Positions 1 to 8,942 of a DNA stretch of 64,000 nucleotides are shown piece by piece. Both the position numbers and the translations under genes were made by a program. The notes under the pieces are model-generated. The model saw nothing but the letters and a program-made list of their open reading frames with translations, was not told where the DNA came from and did not search any database. The stretch lies in IMG/VR virus record IMGVR_UViG_3300042874_000086, positions 1 through 64,000 of that record; one strand, given 5' to 3'. How positions within the stretch are numbered: the first letter of the stretch is position 1; every line of letters starts with the position of its first letter. This stretch comes from a virus.

Positions 1-147
1 AGATGACCATGCAGATGACCATGCCGCTGACCGTGCCGCTGAATCTGCAGCTGAATCTGCCGCTGACCATGCAGATGACCATGCCGCTGACCGTGCCGCT
101 GACCGTGCCGCTGAATCTGCAGCTGACCGTGCCGCTGACCGTGCAGC
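1..147 (-). repeat. 12-bp-period coding tandem repeat (SAAR/SAAD/SAAW/SSAW units)
   Basis: Repeated gctgaccgtgcc / gctgaatctgca / gatgaccatgc units. Confidence 0.9.
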
Positions 148-456
148 TAATCTAATATCATCATTTCCTGTTTCAAGCCAATCGATAATTAAGTCATAAT
201 TTTCTTCGGAGCAATATGGTTTAATCTTATCAATATTCTGCATTGCACAAAATCTGGCAAACGCACCTATCTCTTCATTGTGCCCTTCTATAGCCCTAAA
301 ACACCAAATTGCGTCTTCGATTCCATTGCTATTTAAAATGGTTAAAAGTGATAGTTCTTCATCGTCTGCCTTAGTTTTTCCAAGTGTTTTTAAAAGCTTT
401 TCCCATCCGTCTCTGCAGGGAGAATGCTCTCTTATTTTATTTAGTGTTGTTTTCAT
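1..456 (-). CDS. Early phage protein with Ala/Ser/Arg/Trp C-terminal repeats (3' end runs off the window)
   Basis: Not in the ORF track. ATG at 456 after an AAAGGA RBS; reads MKTTLNKIREHSPCRDGWEKLLKTLGKTKADDEELSLLTILNSNGIEDAIWCFRA...AARSAARSAADSAAWSSAW and stays open to base 1. Confidence 0.85.
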   Translation of the reverse strand, partial: MKTTLNKIREHSPCRDGWEKLLKTLGKTKADDEELSLLTILNSNGIEDAIWCFRAIEGHNEEIGAFARFCAMQNIDKIKPYCSEENYDLIIDWLETGNDDIRLAARSAARSAADSAARSAARSAAWSSAWSAADSAADSAARSAAWSSAWSS

Positions 457-487
457 AAGTAGTCCTTTCCACGTACGTCAAAATCAA

Positions 488-718
488 TTACCCCCGAACT
501 TGAATAACACGTTTAATAATATGCTGCAACCTTGAAGTAATACTGGAGTATTTTTCAAGGTTAAACCATTGTTCTGTGTTATTCTCACGAAACATTTGAG
601 TATTGTATGAATACACAATATAAGTATCCCCATGCCATACAGCATACGCAGAATTTCCTGTGAACACCTGACGATTTTTTATAAGGTCTGGAATTTGTTT
701 ATAATTAACCTGTGCCAT
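488..718 (-). CDS. Hypothetical early protein
   Basis: 76-aa ORF with TAAAGGGGT RBS; phage-like YSYNT motif. Confidence 0.8.
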   Translation of the reverse strand: MAQVNYKQIPDLIKNRQVFTGNSAYAVWHGDTYIVYSYNTQMFRENNTEQWFNLEKYSSITSRLQHIIKRVIQVRG

Positions 719-852
719 TTTAAACCCCTTTATTTAATAGTTCCATGTGGAACTTTTTCTATTATTAGAGGGAGTTGAATTTTTCCCTTTAACACCCTAA
801 TTATACCCTATTCAAATAACATTATAACCCCCTTAGGAATTTTGAGAATCCA

Positions 853-1119
853 TTAAAGAGGGGTCTCGAATTTTAAGGTTTCTATAAGAGATTCAAACGG
901 AATTTCAGCGAACCCATAAAACTCATCTTCAACATAATTTGCAATAAAAGACGTGCAACATAAATCAACCTTAAAGTATTCTTGTAAATCCTTTAAAGAC
1001 CAACAACAAATCCCCCAAGAATTGTCTGAATCACCCACTGGACGAGGCGAAAACTTAGCAGTATACTGTATAGCGTCCACCGCAACACTTTCCACAATTT
1101 GATAATACATGTGAACCAC
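853..1119 (-). CDS. Hypothetical early protein (start probably ATG at 1110)
   Basis: ORF track; AAAGGGGTG RBS precedes ATG 1110. Confidence 0.7.
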   Translation of the reverse strand: MVHMYYQIVESVAVDAIQYTAKFSPRPVGDSDNSWGICCWSLKDLQEYFKVDLCCTSFIANYVEDEFYGFAEIPFESLIETLKFETPL

Positions 1120-1360
1120 CCCTTTATCACTTTAAAAAGTTCCACATAGAACTTTTATTACTCTCTAAATCCCCCCAAAAATTCCTTTTAGGTGGGTACT
1201 ATAGTACCTTTTAAGGCACCTTTAAACCCTACATGATTTATTTTCCACTCTCAAAGGTAACTTCAAAGTACTTTCGTATACCGAGGTTACCTTGAAGTTC
1301 CCTTGAAGGACTGTGAACCTCACCATAAAAATTTTTTTATACGGTTTTCCGTATGTTTTG

Positions 1361-1489
1361 TCAGAACCCTAAGTGGTCGTTTAAGGTTTTTTTAAGGTTA
1401 CCTTCAAATTTGTTTAAGGTTACTAAAATTACCTTTAAAGTTACCATTAAGGTTACTCCAATTATTATCCAAGTTGCTACAAACTCCAT
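1361..1489 (-). CDS. 42-aa membrane peptide MEFVATWIIIGVTLMVTLKVILVTLNKFEGNLKKTLNDHLGF
   Basis: Below the ORF-track cutoff; same TAAAGGGGTTTAAAATG start context as the gene at 718; N-terminal hydrophobic helix. Confidence 0.65.
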   Translation of the reverse strand: MEFVATWIIIGVTLMVTLKVILVTLNKFEGNLKKTLNDHLGF

Positions 1490-1530
1490 TTTAAACCCCT
1501 TTATGTTACCTTAAAAGTTCCATGTGGAAC

Positions 1531-1767
1531 TTATTTGCTTACCGTGATAGACTTCAACTCTGCCTTTAGGGTACGTGCAAGTTCCCCTCGGTACCCACTA
1601 GCATTACTTAAAAAGCGCAATACGACACTATAAGTCCCATCAAGACCGTAGTCGTCCCTCTCCATCGCTTTAAGGTAAGGTTCAGCATACACTGATACCT
1701 TTTTCCAATCCTTTCTAATTGCTCGAGCGATACGTGCAAAGGCTATTCTTTCTGATATTTCGTTCAT
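1531..1767 (-). CDS. Hypothetical early protein
   Basis: 78-aa ORF with GGGGT RBS. Confidence 0.8.
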   Translation of the reverse strand: MNEISERIAFARIARAIRKDWKKVSVYAEPYLKAMERDDYGLDGTYSVVLRFLSNASGYRGELARTLKAELKSITVSK

Positions 1768-1903
1768 CTTAACCCCATTATCGTTTTGTTATATTTGTCT
1801 TGCAAATTTAGAAAGTTCCACATGGAACTCTCAAGGAACCTTCTAAATTTTCAGAAGGCACTATAAATCTTTTGTAACCGTATTATTTATATTTGCATAG
1901 CAA

Positions 1904-1932
1904 ATTATAACATAACCTTAAGGAAATGTCAA
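1904..1932 (-). promoter_or_regulatory. Sigma70-type early promoter
   Basis: TTGACA-17 bp-TATAAT with extended -10 TG on the minus strand. Confidence 0.85.
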
Positions 1933-2135
1933 GGTAACTTATGAGTGACTAAAACTTTCTAAATTTTGTAGAACTTCCTAAAAATTACTAGAAAGCGGAT
2001 AATGTATAACACATGGTATACATTATGTTCCTACAATAGTTCTATATGGAACTTTTTTATTCCGTTATAGACGACTAGGAAAACAGAAACGGTTTCTGTG
2101 ATTAACCGTTATTAACCATCTAGGTATGGTGGGCG

Positions 2136-2753
2136 TTACCCCACCAAATCAAAAAATGAATTTTCGTATGCTAGAATGTGTGCTTCGATTTTGTCTCGCA
2201 TAACATCGGTTAATGTCCCTTTGGTTTCCATCTCTCTTAGTGTCTCTCTCATTAGTGCGACGCTCTCATCAAATAATGTGAGAGTGGGATACTTTGCCGT
2301 ACTGACAACGGCGTTACGTTGTACGTTCAATACTTCGCGAACGTCCTCTACGGTATCCGCTTTAACGTCCTCTACGGTATCCTCTACGGTATCCGCTTTA
2401 ACGTCCTCTACGATACCCGCTACGGTATCCGCTTTAACTGGTGACTTAATCCCTCTTAGATAGTCATACAATTTAACAAAGCCGATTGTATTACAATAGC
2501 TAATGTCTATTTTATCGGCATAAGTGCGTAATATATTAATTGACGCAAACATTTTCTTAATATAACCTTCACTCCACACGTCAGCTAACTGAAGTTTAAT
2601 TTCTTTTAACTCTTCAGTACCGAGCACGGTATCACCGGCTACTGTTAACGCCCACTTAGACCCGCTCATTTCTGTTTTAGAAATCGCTACTGCAATTTTT
2701 TTTGCTTCTGCTACCGCTTTAATAACGTGTTGCGCCGTTGTTGTTGTTTTCAT
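2136..2753 (-). CDS. Hypothetical early protein with internal KADTVEDV repeats
   Basis: 205-aa ORF, TAAAGGGGT RBS, first gene after the promoter at 2796-2824. Confidence 0.85.
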   Translation of the reverse strand: MKTTTTAQHVIKAVAEAKKIAVAISKTEMSGSKWALTVAGDTVLGTEELKEIKLQLADVWSEGYIKKMFASINILRTYADKIDISYCNTIGFVKLYDYLRGIKSPVKADTVAGIVEDVKADTVEDTVEDVKADTVEDVREVLNVQRNAVVSTAKYPTLTLFDESVALMRETLREMETKGTLTDVMRDKIEAHILAYENSFFDLVG

Positions 2754-2795
2754 CTTTAACCCCTTTATGTTGTTGTTGCTTTTAATTCGAGTGTC

Positions 2796-2824
2796 ATTAT
2801 AGTACGATAAAAAAATAATGTCAA
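2796..2824 (-). promoter_or_regulatory. Sigma70-type early promoter
   Basis: Perfect TTGACA-17 bp-TATAAT on the minus strand. Confidence 0.88.
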
Positions 2825-3065
2825 GGGCATAACCTCCTTTTATAAAAAGTTCTATATGGAACCCCCTCTATCTTCAATAGTAAAAATAAATACTAACTAA
2901 CAACTTAAAAGATACTTAAATGTAATATAAACGTGACCTTAAGGTGACATCAGTGCTACCTGTGGTTACACTTAAGGTGTGTTTAAGGTTACTTTTATGT
3001 TAAAAGGGGGGAGGTTAAAGTTCCTTTAAGGTTACCAGTCGGCGCACCCAGCAACTCACAAAATA

Positions 3066-3432
3066 CTTTAAAGTTACTACTGGCGACATTATGTCTGCTT
3101 TAAAGGAATCTTTAAAGTTACTACTAGCGACATCGTGTCTGCTTTAAAGTTACCGTTAGGGGAATCTTTAAAGTTACTACTAGCGACATCGTGTCTGCTT
3201 AAAAGTTACCGTTAGGGGAATCTTAAGAGTTACCGTTAGGGGAATCTTAAAAGTTACCGTTAGGGGAATCTTTAAGGGAATCTTAAAAGTTACCGTTAGG
3301 GGAATCTTTAAGGGAATCTTAAAAGTTACCGTTAGGGGAATCTTTAAGGGAATCTTTAAAGTTACTACTAGGGAATCTTTAAAGTTACTACTAGGGAATC
3401 TTTAAGGGAATCTTTAAAGTTACTACTAGGGA
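3066..3432. repeat. Non-coding modular repeat array of 11-12-bp units
   Basis: Shuffled units ctttaaagttac, cttaaaagttac, cgttaggggaat, ctttaagggaat, tactagggaat, plus three copies of gcgacat(ta/cg)tgtctg. Confidence 0.92.
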
Positions 3433-3532
3433 TATTTAGGGAACCCCCCAAGGGTTATTAAATACCTAAGGGAGCCTTTGAAGTATGCATATGCTTCAAA
3501 AAAAAAAAAAAATTAAAGCAGTCATACTCATT

Positions 3533-3907
3533 TTACTGCCCAGTGGGAAATTTCAAGTATGCTTTTAAGTTATCAATGTAACCTTTCCAGTCCTCATTGA
3601 GCGCATACATGTAGGCTTCTTCAATATCTTTTGAAGTTTCTAAGTTTTGTTCTGTTTTCATTTCTTTCATTAGTAGGGCTACATACTCCCCCGATATATC
3701 TTGGAACTTCTTTTTATAGTGTTCCGCATTTTCTTGAATTACTAAAGAATCTTCCTGGAGTTTACTTTCTTTAGTATAGAAGTCTTGTGTCATACTATGT
3801 ATCAAACCTACCAAAGACTCTCTAGGTTGCTCACTATCCAGTATAGAGTCTGCCAACTTAATTATAGAATCATAGTACTTTAGTTGTACCTCCTCGTTGT
3901 TATCCAT
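3533..3907 (-). CDS. Hypothetical helical protein
   Basis: 124-aa ORF coupled to the upstream gene; GGAGG RBS. Confidence 0.75.
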   Translation of the reverse strand: MDNNEEVQLKYYDSIIKLADSILDSEQPRESLVGLIHSMTQDFYTKESKLQEDSLVIQENAEHYKKKFQDISGEYVALLMKEMKTEQNLETSKDIEEAYMYALNEDWKGYIDNLKAYLKFPTGQ

Positions 3908-3908
3908 C

Positions 3909-4721
3909 TTATTTATCCTCCACCATTACTGAAAATTGTTTTACTCTACGCCCATCATTTTCTGAAGTGTACCCAAAAGGATTACAAAGCAATCTTTTAC
4001 CCAACTTCTTATTGCCTAGTACTATTTCAGCTGGGTCGTGTACATGACCAAATACCCATACTTGTAATTTGGAATCTCTTTGGAGGTCCTCTTCATAATC
4101 AAAACCGAAAAACATACTGCTTTCGTAGTTTCTGAACTTAATATTTACGTGCGTCGGATTAATGGTAGGACGTACGTGCGTCATCATTATATCACACTTG
4201 TTATATAATGCCGCTACTTTTTTTATCTCTTCTTCAAAGGTTTCTAAAAAGGAATCACAAGCCTTGTAAGGATAATCATTCAAACAGCTTTTCCAAAATC
4301 CCTCTTTTACCTCGTTATCAGCATCATAACCTTGATATTTACCATCATACCACCCATCAGCGCCCCCTACGATGACGCCTTCGATATCCACGCTGGTACC
4401 ATCCAGTACAATAAACCCCGCTCTTTCGTATTCTAAAGTACTAATATCTTTCTTATTAACCCCATAAATTTCTCTACTAGTTTTATGAAGATACCTATCA
4501 TGGTTTCCGAGTACCAGTATAATCTCTTTATAACCATACTGTTGTTTAATAGACTGAAGGGTATTGATGTTTTGTTGTAGGTCATGGCCAATATCTCCAG
4601 CAATTAATAGATATTGACTTTCAGCAGTAGAAAATAAATCACAAAGTGTAGTACCCTGTTTTGAACCAAAAGTTAAATCAATATGTAAGTCGCTTACATA
4701 ATCGAACTGTACTTGTCTCAT
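3909..4721 (-). CDS. Calcineurin-like metallophosphoesterase
   Basis: SDLH, AGD, GNHD, TH and GHVH motifs. Confidence 0.92.
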   Translation of the reverse strand: MRQVQFDYVSDLHIDLTFGSKQGTTLCDLFSTAESQYLLIAGDIGHDLQQNINTLQSIKQQYGYKEIILVLGNHDRYLHKTSREIYGVNKKDISTLEYERAGFIVLDGTSVDIEGVIVGGADGWYDGKYQGYDADNEVKEGFWKSCLNDYPYKACDSFLETFEEEIKKVAALYNKCDIMMTHVRPTINPTHVNIKFRNYESSMFFGFDYEEDLQRDSKLQVWVFGHVHDPAEIVLGNKKLGKRLLCNPFGYTSENDGRRVKQFSVMVEDK

Positions 4722-4760
4722 ACTATCTCCAATTTTAAATTGGAAGTATAATAACTAAAT

Positions 4761-5159
4761 TTATATTAAAGAAATATTAACTAAATTACGGTATTTTTGA
4801 ATGTCAGGGGAATCTTCATAAGCCCACCCACCAGCTATCTTTACAGCAGAATATATAATATAGGCCTTAAATGAGTTAGTACCTTCTCCTATCATGGCCC
4901 TATAAAAAATTAAATCACAGTGCTTTTTGGAAAATAATTTAGAGGAATATAAAGCGTCATGTAGACAAGCAGCCTTTTGGTAACCACCAGTCATAGGACT
5001 CCCTATAATACTCCATAAAACCTGTGGGATTGACGCACCATCAAAATCAAACCCAGGGTAAACAGTAATTATCATAGAATCTTCTTGGTAGACTAGGGGG
5101 GATGTTAAAATAAATGTCTGTTCCCCAGCAACCTCTAGCGTTAATTTAGTTAGAAACAT
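4761..5159 (-). CDS. DUF1353-like protein
   Basis: PGFDFDGASIP and AACLHDALY motifs. Confidence 0.85.
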   Translation of the reverse strand: MFLTKLTLEVAGEQTFILTSPLVYQEDSMIITVYPGFDFDGASIPQVLWSIIGSPMTGGYQKAACLHDALYSSKLFSKKHCDLIFYRAMIGEGTNSFKAYIIYSAVKIAGGWAYEDSPDIQKYRNLVNISLI

Positions 5160-5211
5160 ATTATACCTTTAAGAGAAATCTGATTAATTATCGTATAACG
5201 ATAACCATATT

Positions 5212-5442
5212 ATGAGGAGTACTATAGACAGTATCATCGAGGAACTTTTTAAAGATAATGTTAAAGTACCTGAAAAGACACTTAAAAGGTATAAATTACC
5301 TATTAACGTACCTTACGAGAGCCTTTATATATTTAAAAGTACCCTCCCTAGTAAACATTGTATGTTTGATGAACTTTCTATACAAGATTGGGAAGAACTG
5401 TTTAGAAAAAATAGACAAAAGATAGAGGAACATTATGTATAA
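5212..5442 (+). CDS. Hypothetical protein
   Basis: Overlaps the next + ORF and fills the gap between minus-strand genes. Confidence 0.55.
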   Translation: MRSTIDSIIEELFKDNVKVPEKTLKRYKLPINVPYESLYIFKSTLPSKHCMFDELSIQDWEELFRKNRQKIEEHYV

Positions 5443-5749
5443 ATTAAAAATTGATAACTTTTCTTTACCCTCATACATTACAATAACTAATATAGAATAC
5501 ATCGGTAATAAAGTAAGTATCAAAGGTTACACTATAAACCCCCTTGAGTGTACGGCTGAAGAAACTTTAAATTATCTTAGTGGGTTAGTAGAGGAAATCG
5601 TGATGATTAACGAGGTTAAAAGGGGAGTATATGAAGTATATATCACCCTTTTAGTGGCTTATGGGGTATACCTAGATAATAATTTAATAGGTATCACCAG
5701 TAAAGGGGATACTTTTAGGGTTACTAAAGAGTACTTACCGCCTCTTTAA
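5435..5749 (+). CDS. Hypothetical protein
   Basis: GAGGA RBS, 104 aa. Confidence 0.65.
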   Translation: MYKLKIDNFSLPSYITITNIEYIGNKVSIKGYTINPLECTAEETLNYLSGLVEEIVMINEVKRGVYEVYITLLVAYGVYLDNNLIGITSKGDTFRVTKEYLPPL

Positions 5750-7007
5750 GTATATCTCCTAAAGAATCAGCGGTAAACTTATCCACCCGCTGCCAATTTG
5801 TAGCAAATCTTGGAAGAAATAAACTATAATTCCCTTTTTCATCCTTAATAAGGTCGTTGAATAACACCTCAGCAGGTAATCCAACACATTTACTGATATT
5901 ATCTGTAAACCAATCCCTATCTAAGTCGGTGCGTGGGTTTACATTAACCACTACCTTTTTATCAATACTTTCACAAGTAATTGAACCCACCTTACCTTTG
6001 TTTTTGCCCTCTCCATCAGTAAAACCAACAATAGTTAAGGTACAAGAACAAATTGCCTTTAGTTTACCCCAATTCTTACTTCGTTTCCATTCATAAGGAG
6101 TATTCGTCTTAATAATTACTCCCTCCCCACCATCTTTGCGTATATTTTCATAAAATTTCTTGATATCATCCTCGGTATCTGCCATGGTTTGCTCAACAGG
6201 TACAAAAGGGTACCCTAAAATTCCACTAATCCCAAGCACCTCGTGCGCTCTTTCAAAAGCTAATAATAATGATGTTTTACTTACCCACTCCTCTAAAGTT
6301 AAAAAGTCAAATACATGATATTCAATTTTATCATCAATCTCTTTCTTGTACCCAGATTTCATAAGGCTATTAATCTTACCCGAAGTTTTCTGTCGTAACT
6401 CTCCAGACATTAATAATTCCCCATCTAATACAAAATTGTCATTAGGAAACTCTATTAATATATCTTTAAGTTTCTTTAGGGGTATCGTATTCCCTGTTCT
6501 AGTAAGAAAAGTAATTATCCCATTCTTCTTTATAGTAATACAACGTATACCATCCAGCTTCTCTTGTACTAGTAAGGGCATAATTAAATCACCGGCAGGC
6601 TCCGCTAACATACAATCAAAAGTGGGGATTAAGTTTGGTATTATTTTATTAATAGATTTAGCAGCCATCCCAATACTCAAAGACTTAGTAAGGATACTTA
6701 TAAATACCTTCTGAGTCTGCTCTGGTACTTTTACTAAAAAAGTACTAACCATAAGGTGGTCTGCACTATTAACATTTTTGGAGGATAACACATTTAGTAT
6801 GTTTAAGAAACCATTAACCTCATCTTCTGCATAATTAATACTGCTGTTTACCGAGATTTTTTGTATTCCATAAGTTAGGTATGGGTTAAAGGCATGATAT
6901 AAAAGAGCCTGAAGGTCTTCGTTGTCTTTGTGGGTGGCTAAAATAAGCTCTTTTGCCTTATTCCCCGAGGTATTTTCTATCTTTTTGATAATTTCAATAG
7001 CTGTCAT
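5724..7007 (-). CDS. lig: ATP-dependent DNA ligase
   Basis: EKLDGIR adenylation motif, LDGEL, EGVIIK, WGKLK, SLFLPRF. Confidence 0.95.
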   Translation of the reverse strand: MTAIEIIKKIENTSGNKAKELILATHKDNEDLQALLYHAFNPYLTYGIQKISVNSSINYAEDEVNGFLNILNVLSSKNVNSADHLMVSTFLVKVPEQTQKVFISILTKSLSIGMAAKSINKIIPNLIPTFDCMLAEPAGDLIMPLLVQEKLDGIRCITIKKNGIITFLTRTGNTIPLKKLKDILIEFPNDNFVLDGELLMSGELRQKTSGKINSLMKSGYKKEIDDKIEYHVFDFLTLEEWVSKTSLLLAFERAHEVLGISGILGYPFVPVEQTMADTEDDIKKFYENIRKDGGEGVIIKTNTPYEWKRSKNWGKLKAICSCTLTIVGFTDGEGKNKGKVGSITCESIDKKVVVNVNPRTDLDRDWFTDNISKCVGLPAEVLFNDLIKDEKGNYSLFLPRFATNWQRVDKFTADSLGDILKEAVSTL

Positions 7008-7040
7008 GGTAGCTCCTTAGTGTTTAAGGAGCATTTTACA

Positions 7041-7310
7041 CTATAGTTTATTAAATTTAACTTTAACAGAGCTGGGATATGTAATAAAAGCAATAAGTAA
7101 ACCAGAGGCTGCTGAAATAAGACCCCCCAACCATAAATAAATACCCAACTTAAATCCCGCCCACAAAGAAGCACCTACGGTAATACCTAAACCACCCCAG
7201 CTGTATAAAAAATAACCAAAAGCAGACAGTACAGACACTATCATGGAGATACCTCCAGATAAAATAAGTAACCCCGCTACAAATAATATAGTAAATTTAA
7301 TCATAATCAA
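7041..7310 (-). CDS. Small membrane protein
   Basis: Two to three hydrophobic segments. Confidence 0.75.
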   Translation of the reverse strand: MIMIKFTILFVAGLLILSGGISMIVSVLSAFGYFLYSWGGLGITVGASLWAGFKLGIYLWLGGLISAASGLLIAFITYPSSVKVKFNKL

Positions 7311-7728
7311 AAACTCCTTCTAGTTGTTCTACACAAATACCAGCACCCACCAAATAATCAACCCCAGTAGGGTCCGTGTAGGTATCGTGGTAATAAACTG
7401 TAGTAATTCCGGATATCTCTATCAACTTAGCACACTGAATACAGGGTGAGGTTGTAATAAAAATAGAACACCCCTCGGTAGCTATACCCCTTTTAGCCGC
7501 ATTTCCTATTAGGTTAGCCTCGGCATGATGGACTATATCTTTGGTAACCCCCTCGTGTTCACAGCAATTATCCCTACCAGGAGAAGTACCATTATATCCA
7601 GATAAAAGTGGTCTATTGTCGGGGCTAACTAATAAAGCCCCTACCTTACGGCGTTTACAATGACTCAACTCCGTATAATTAAAAGCAGACTTCATATGAG
7701 CACGTTGAAATTTAGTTGCAATACCCAT
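7297..7728 (-). CDS. dCMP deaminase
   Basis: HAEAN and SPCIQC zinc motifs, GYNG. Confidence 0.93.
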   Translation of the reverse strand: MGIATKFQRAHMKSAFNYTELSHCKRRKVGALLVSPDNRPLLSGYNGTSPGRDNCCEHEGVTKDIVHHAEANLIGNAAKRGIATEGCSIFITTSPCIQCAKLIEISGITTVYYHDTYTDPTGVDYLVGAGICVEQLEGVFDYD

Positions 7729-7975
7729 AGATATCCTCCGACTTTAAAATATGGTACTCCGTATCAGCAAGCTTAATAATAGCACCGCTATATTTACCAA
7801 AAAATACGGTAGCTCCTACAGGGATACTAGTATCACTTTTAATTACTTTACCACTACTTGGTAACTCTTTGGTTTCCGTGGATTGTAAAATAATACCGGA
7901 CGAGGTTTCTTTCTCAACCTTAGTAGGCTCTACCAATAAATTGGTGTTGGTTGGAATAAACTCAGTTGCTTTCAT
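7712..7975 (-). CDS. groES: Co-chaperonin GroES
   Basis: EKETSSGIIL mobile loop; VFFGKYSG...YHILKSEDI. Confidence 0.92.
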   Translation of the reverse strand: MKATEFIPTNTNLLVEPTKVEKETSSGIILQSTETKELPSSGKVIKSDTSIPVGATVFFGKYSGAIIKLADTEYHILKSEDIYGYCN

Positions 7976-8942
7976 TATTATCCATTTCTATAAGTTTAAG
8001 TTTAGCTTCTGCCAACCTACGAATTTCCCACTGTGCGTGGTTATCTAGGCGTAAATCGAAGAAGTTTTTAAGGCTGTGGTTGTCAAAACCAGACCAAACA
8101 AGTGTATACATAGCTTGAGGAATAATTCTCCTAGCCTCTTGGGGTAATACACCAGCAGCTATAGCAACATTATAATGATTTACACAAAGCGTTTCAAGAG
8201 TTTCCGTAGACAATTCATAGTGTTTTGAAACTTCCTCTGAAGAATCTTCGTAGTGAGATACAAAGTTTTTCATACGTTCCGAGTTGTAAAACTCAAAATC
8301 AACCTTTTTACCAGATACATAACGACGGCTCATCTCTTGCCAGTTAGCTTTTCGGTGTCGAATGTACTGGGCACGGGTATTTGTATCAATGTAGGATAAG
8401 AATACAGAATACTTCTCCAGCATCAACTCACATTCCGTCTCACTGTTGAAATACTTACGGATGTCCTCTACTTTTTTACCTTCAATAATATCAAATGCAG
8501 ATAGGGTAGCATGGTCTGAACATAAAGCACGGTAGTTAGTTAACAAATAATCACCAATAAACGTACCAAAGGTTAAAATATTAGGAAATTGACGGTCAGT
8601 ATCACTTTCTGTTACATAATTATAACAATTTAAGATATAATCTACACGTTCTTTACTTAGTAGTACTGGAATAAACTCAAAACTACTAGAAGGTAACCCC
8701 AAAGACTCCTGCTCAAGTCTATTAAACAATGTTTCACGACCCACCGCATTAGGGTTAGCATAACAAGCAGCCGCTACTAGGGTTACTGCCTCTACTCTAG
8801 ACTCCTCATTCATATTGGCTTTAGAGAAGTCAAAATAAGTTACCTCTGCAATATTATCTGCAAAAATATTAGACTCTGTCCCCCCTTTTATAACATACTT
8901 TAACTCTTTTTCTTTAATTTGTTGAAGATATTCCATCAACAC
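7962..8942 (-). CDS. thyX: Flavin-dependent thymidylate synthase
   Basis: RAQYIRHR...QEMSRRYV, EARRIIP, HAQWEIR. Confidence 0.92.
   Translation of the reverse strand: MLMEYLQQIKEKELKYVIKGGTESNIFADNIAEVTYFDFSKANMNEESRVEAVTLVAAACYANPNAVGRETLFNRLEQESLGLPSSSFEFIPVLLSKERVDYILNCYNYVTESDTDRQFPNILTFGTFIGDYLLTNYRALCSDHATLSAFDIIEGKKVEDIRKYFNSETECELMLEKYSVFLSYIDTNTRAQYIRHRKANWQEMSRRYVSGKKVDFEFYNSERMKNFVSHYEDSSEEVSKHYELSTETLETLCVNHYNVAIAAGVLPQEARRIIPQAMYTLVWSGFDNHSLKNFFDLRLDNHAQWEIRRLAEAKLKLIEMDNNESN

Larger units (their letters stand above)
739..2863. repeat. Six dispersed 16-bp palindromes AGTTCYAYRTRGAACY (739, 1138, 1516, 1814, 2038, 2848)
   Basis: Read directly; all intergenic; none noticed elsewhere in the window. 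Confidence 0.92.

Noticed and set aside
739-2863. The 16-bp palindromes as rho-independent terminators
   Set aside because: Stems are weak and AT-rich, mismatches are inconsistent with one RNA strand, and one copy lies upstream of a promoter; a DNA-binding site fits better
3066-3432. CRISPR array
   Set aside because: No constant repeat with unique spacers; the units are short and reshuffled, and there are no cas genes
3498-3512. A15 as a phase-variation tract
   Set aside because: Intergenic and not within a recognisable promoter spacer; homopolymer length is also error-prone
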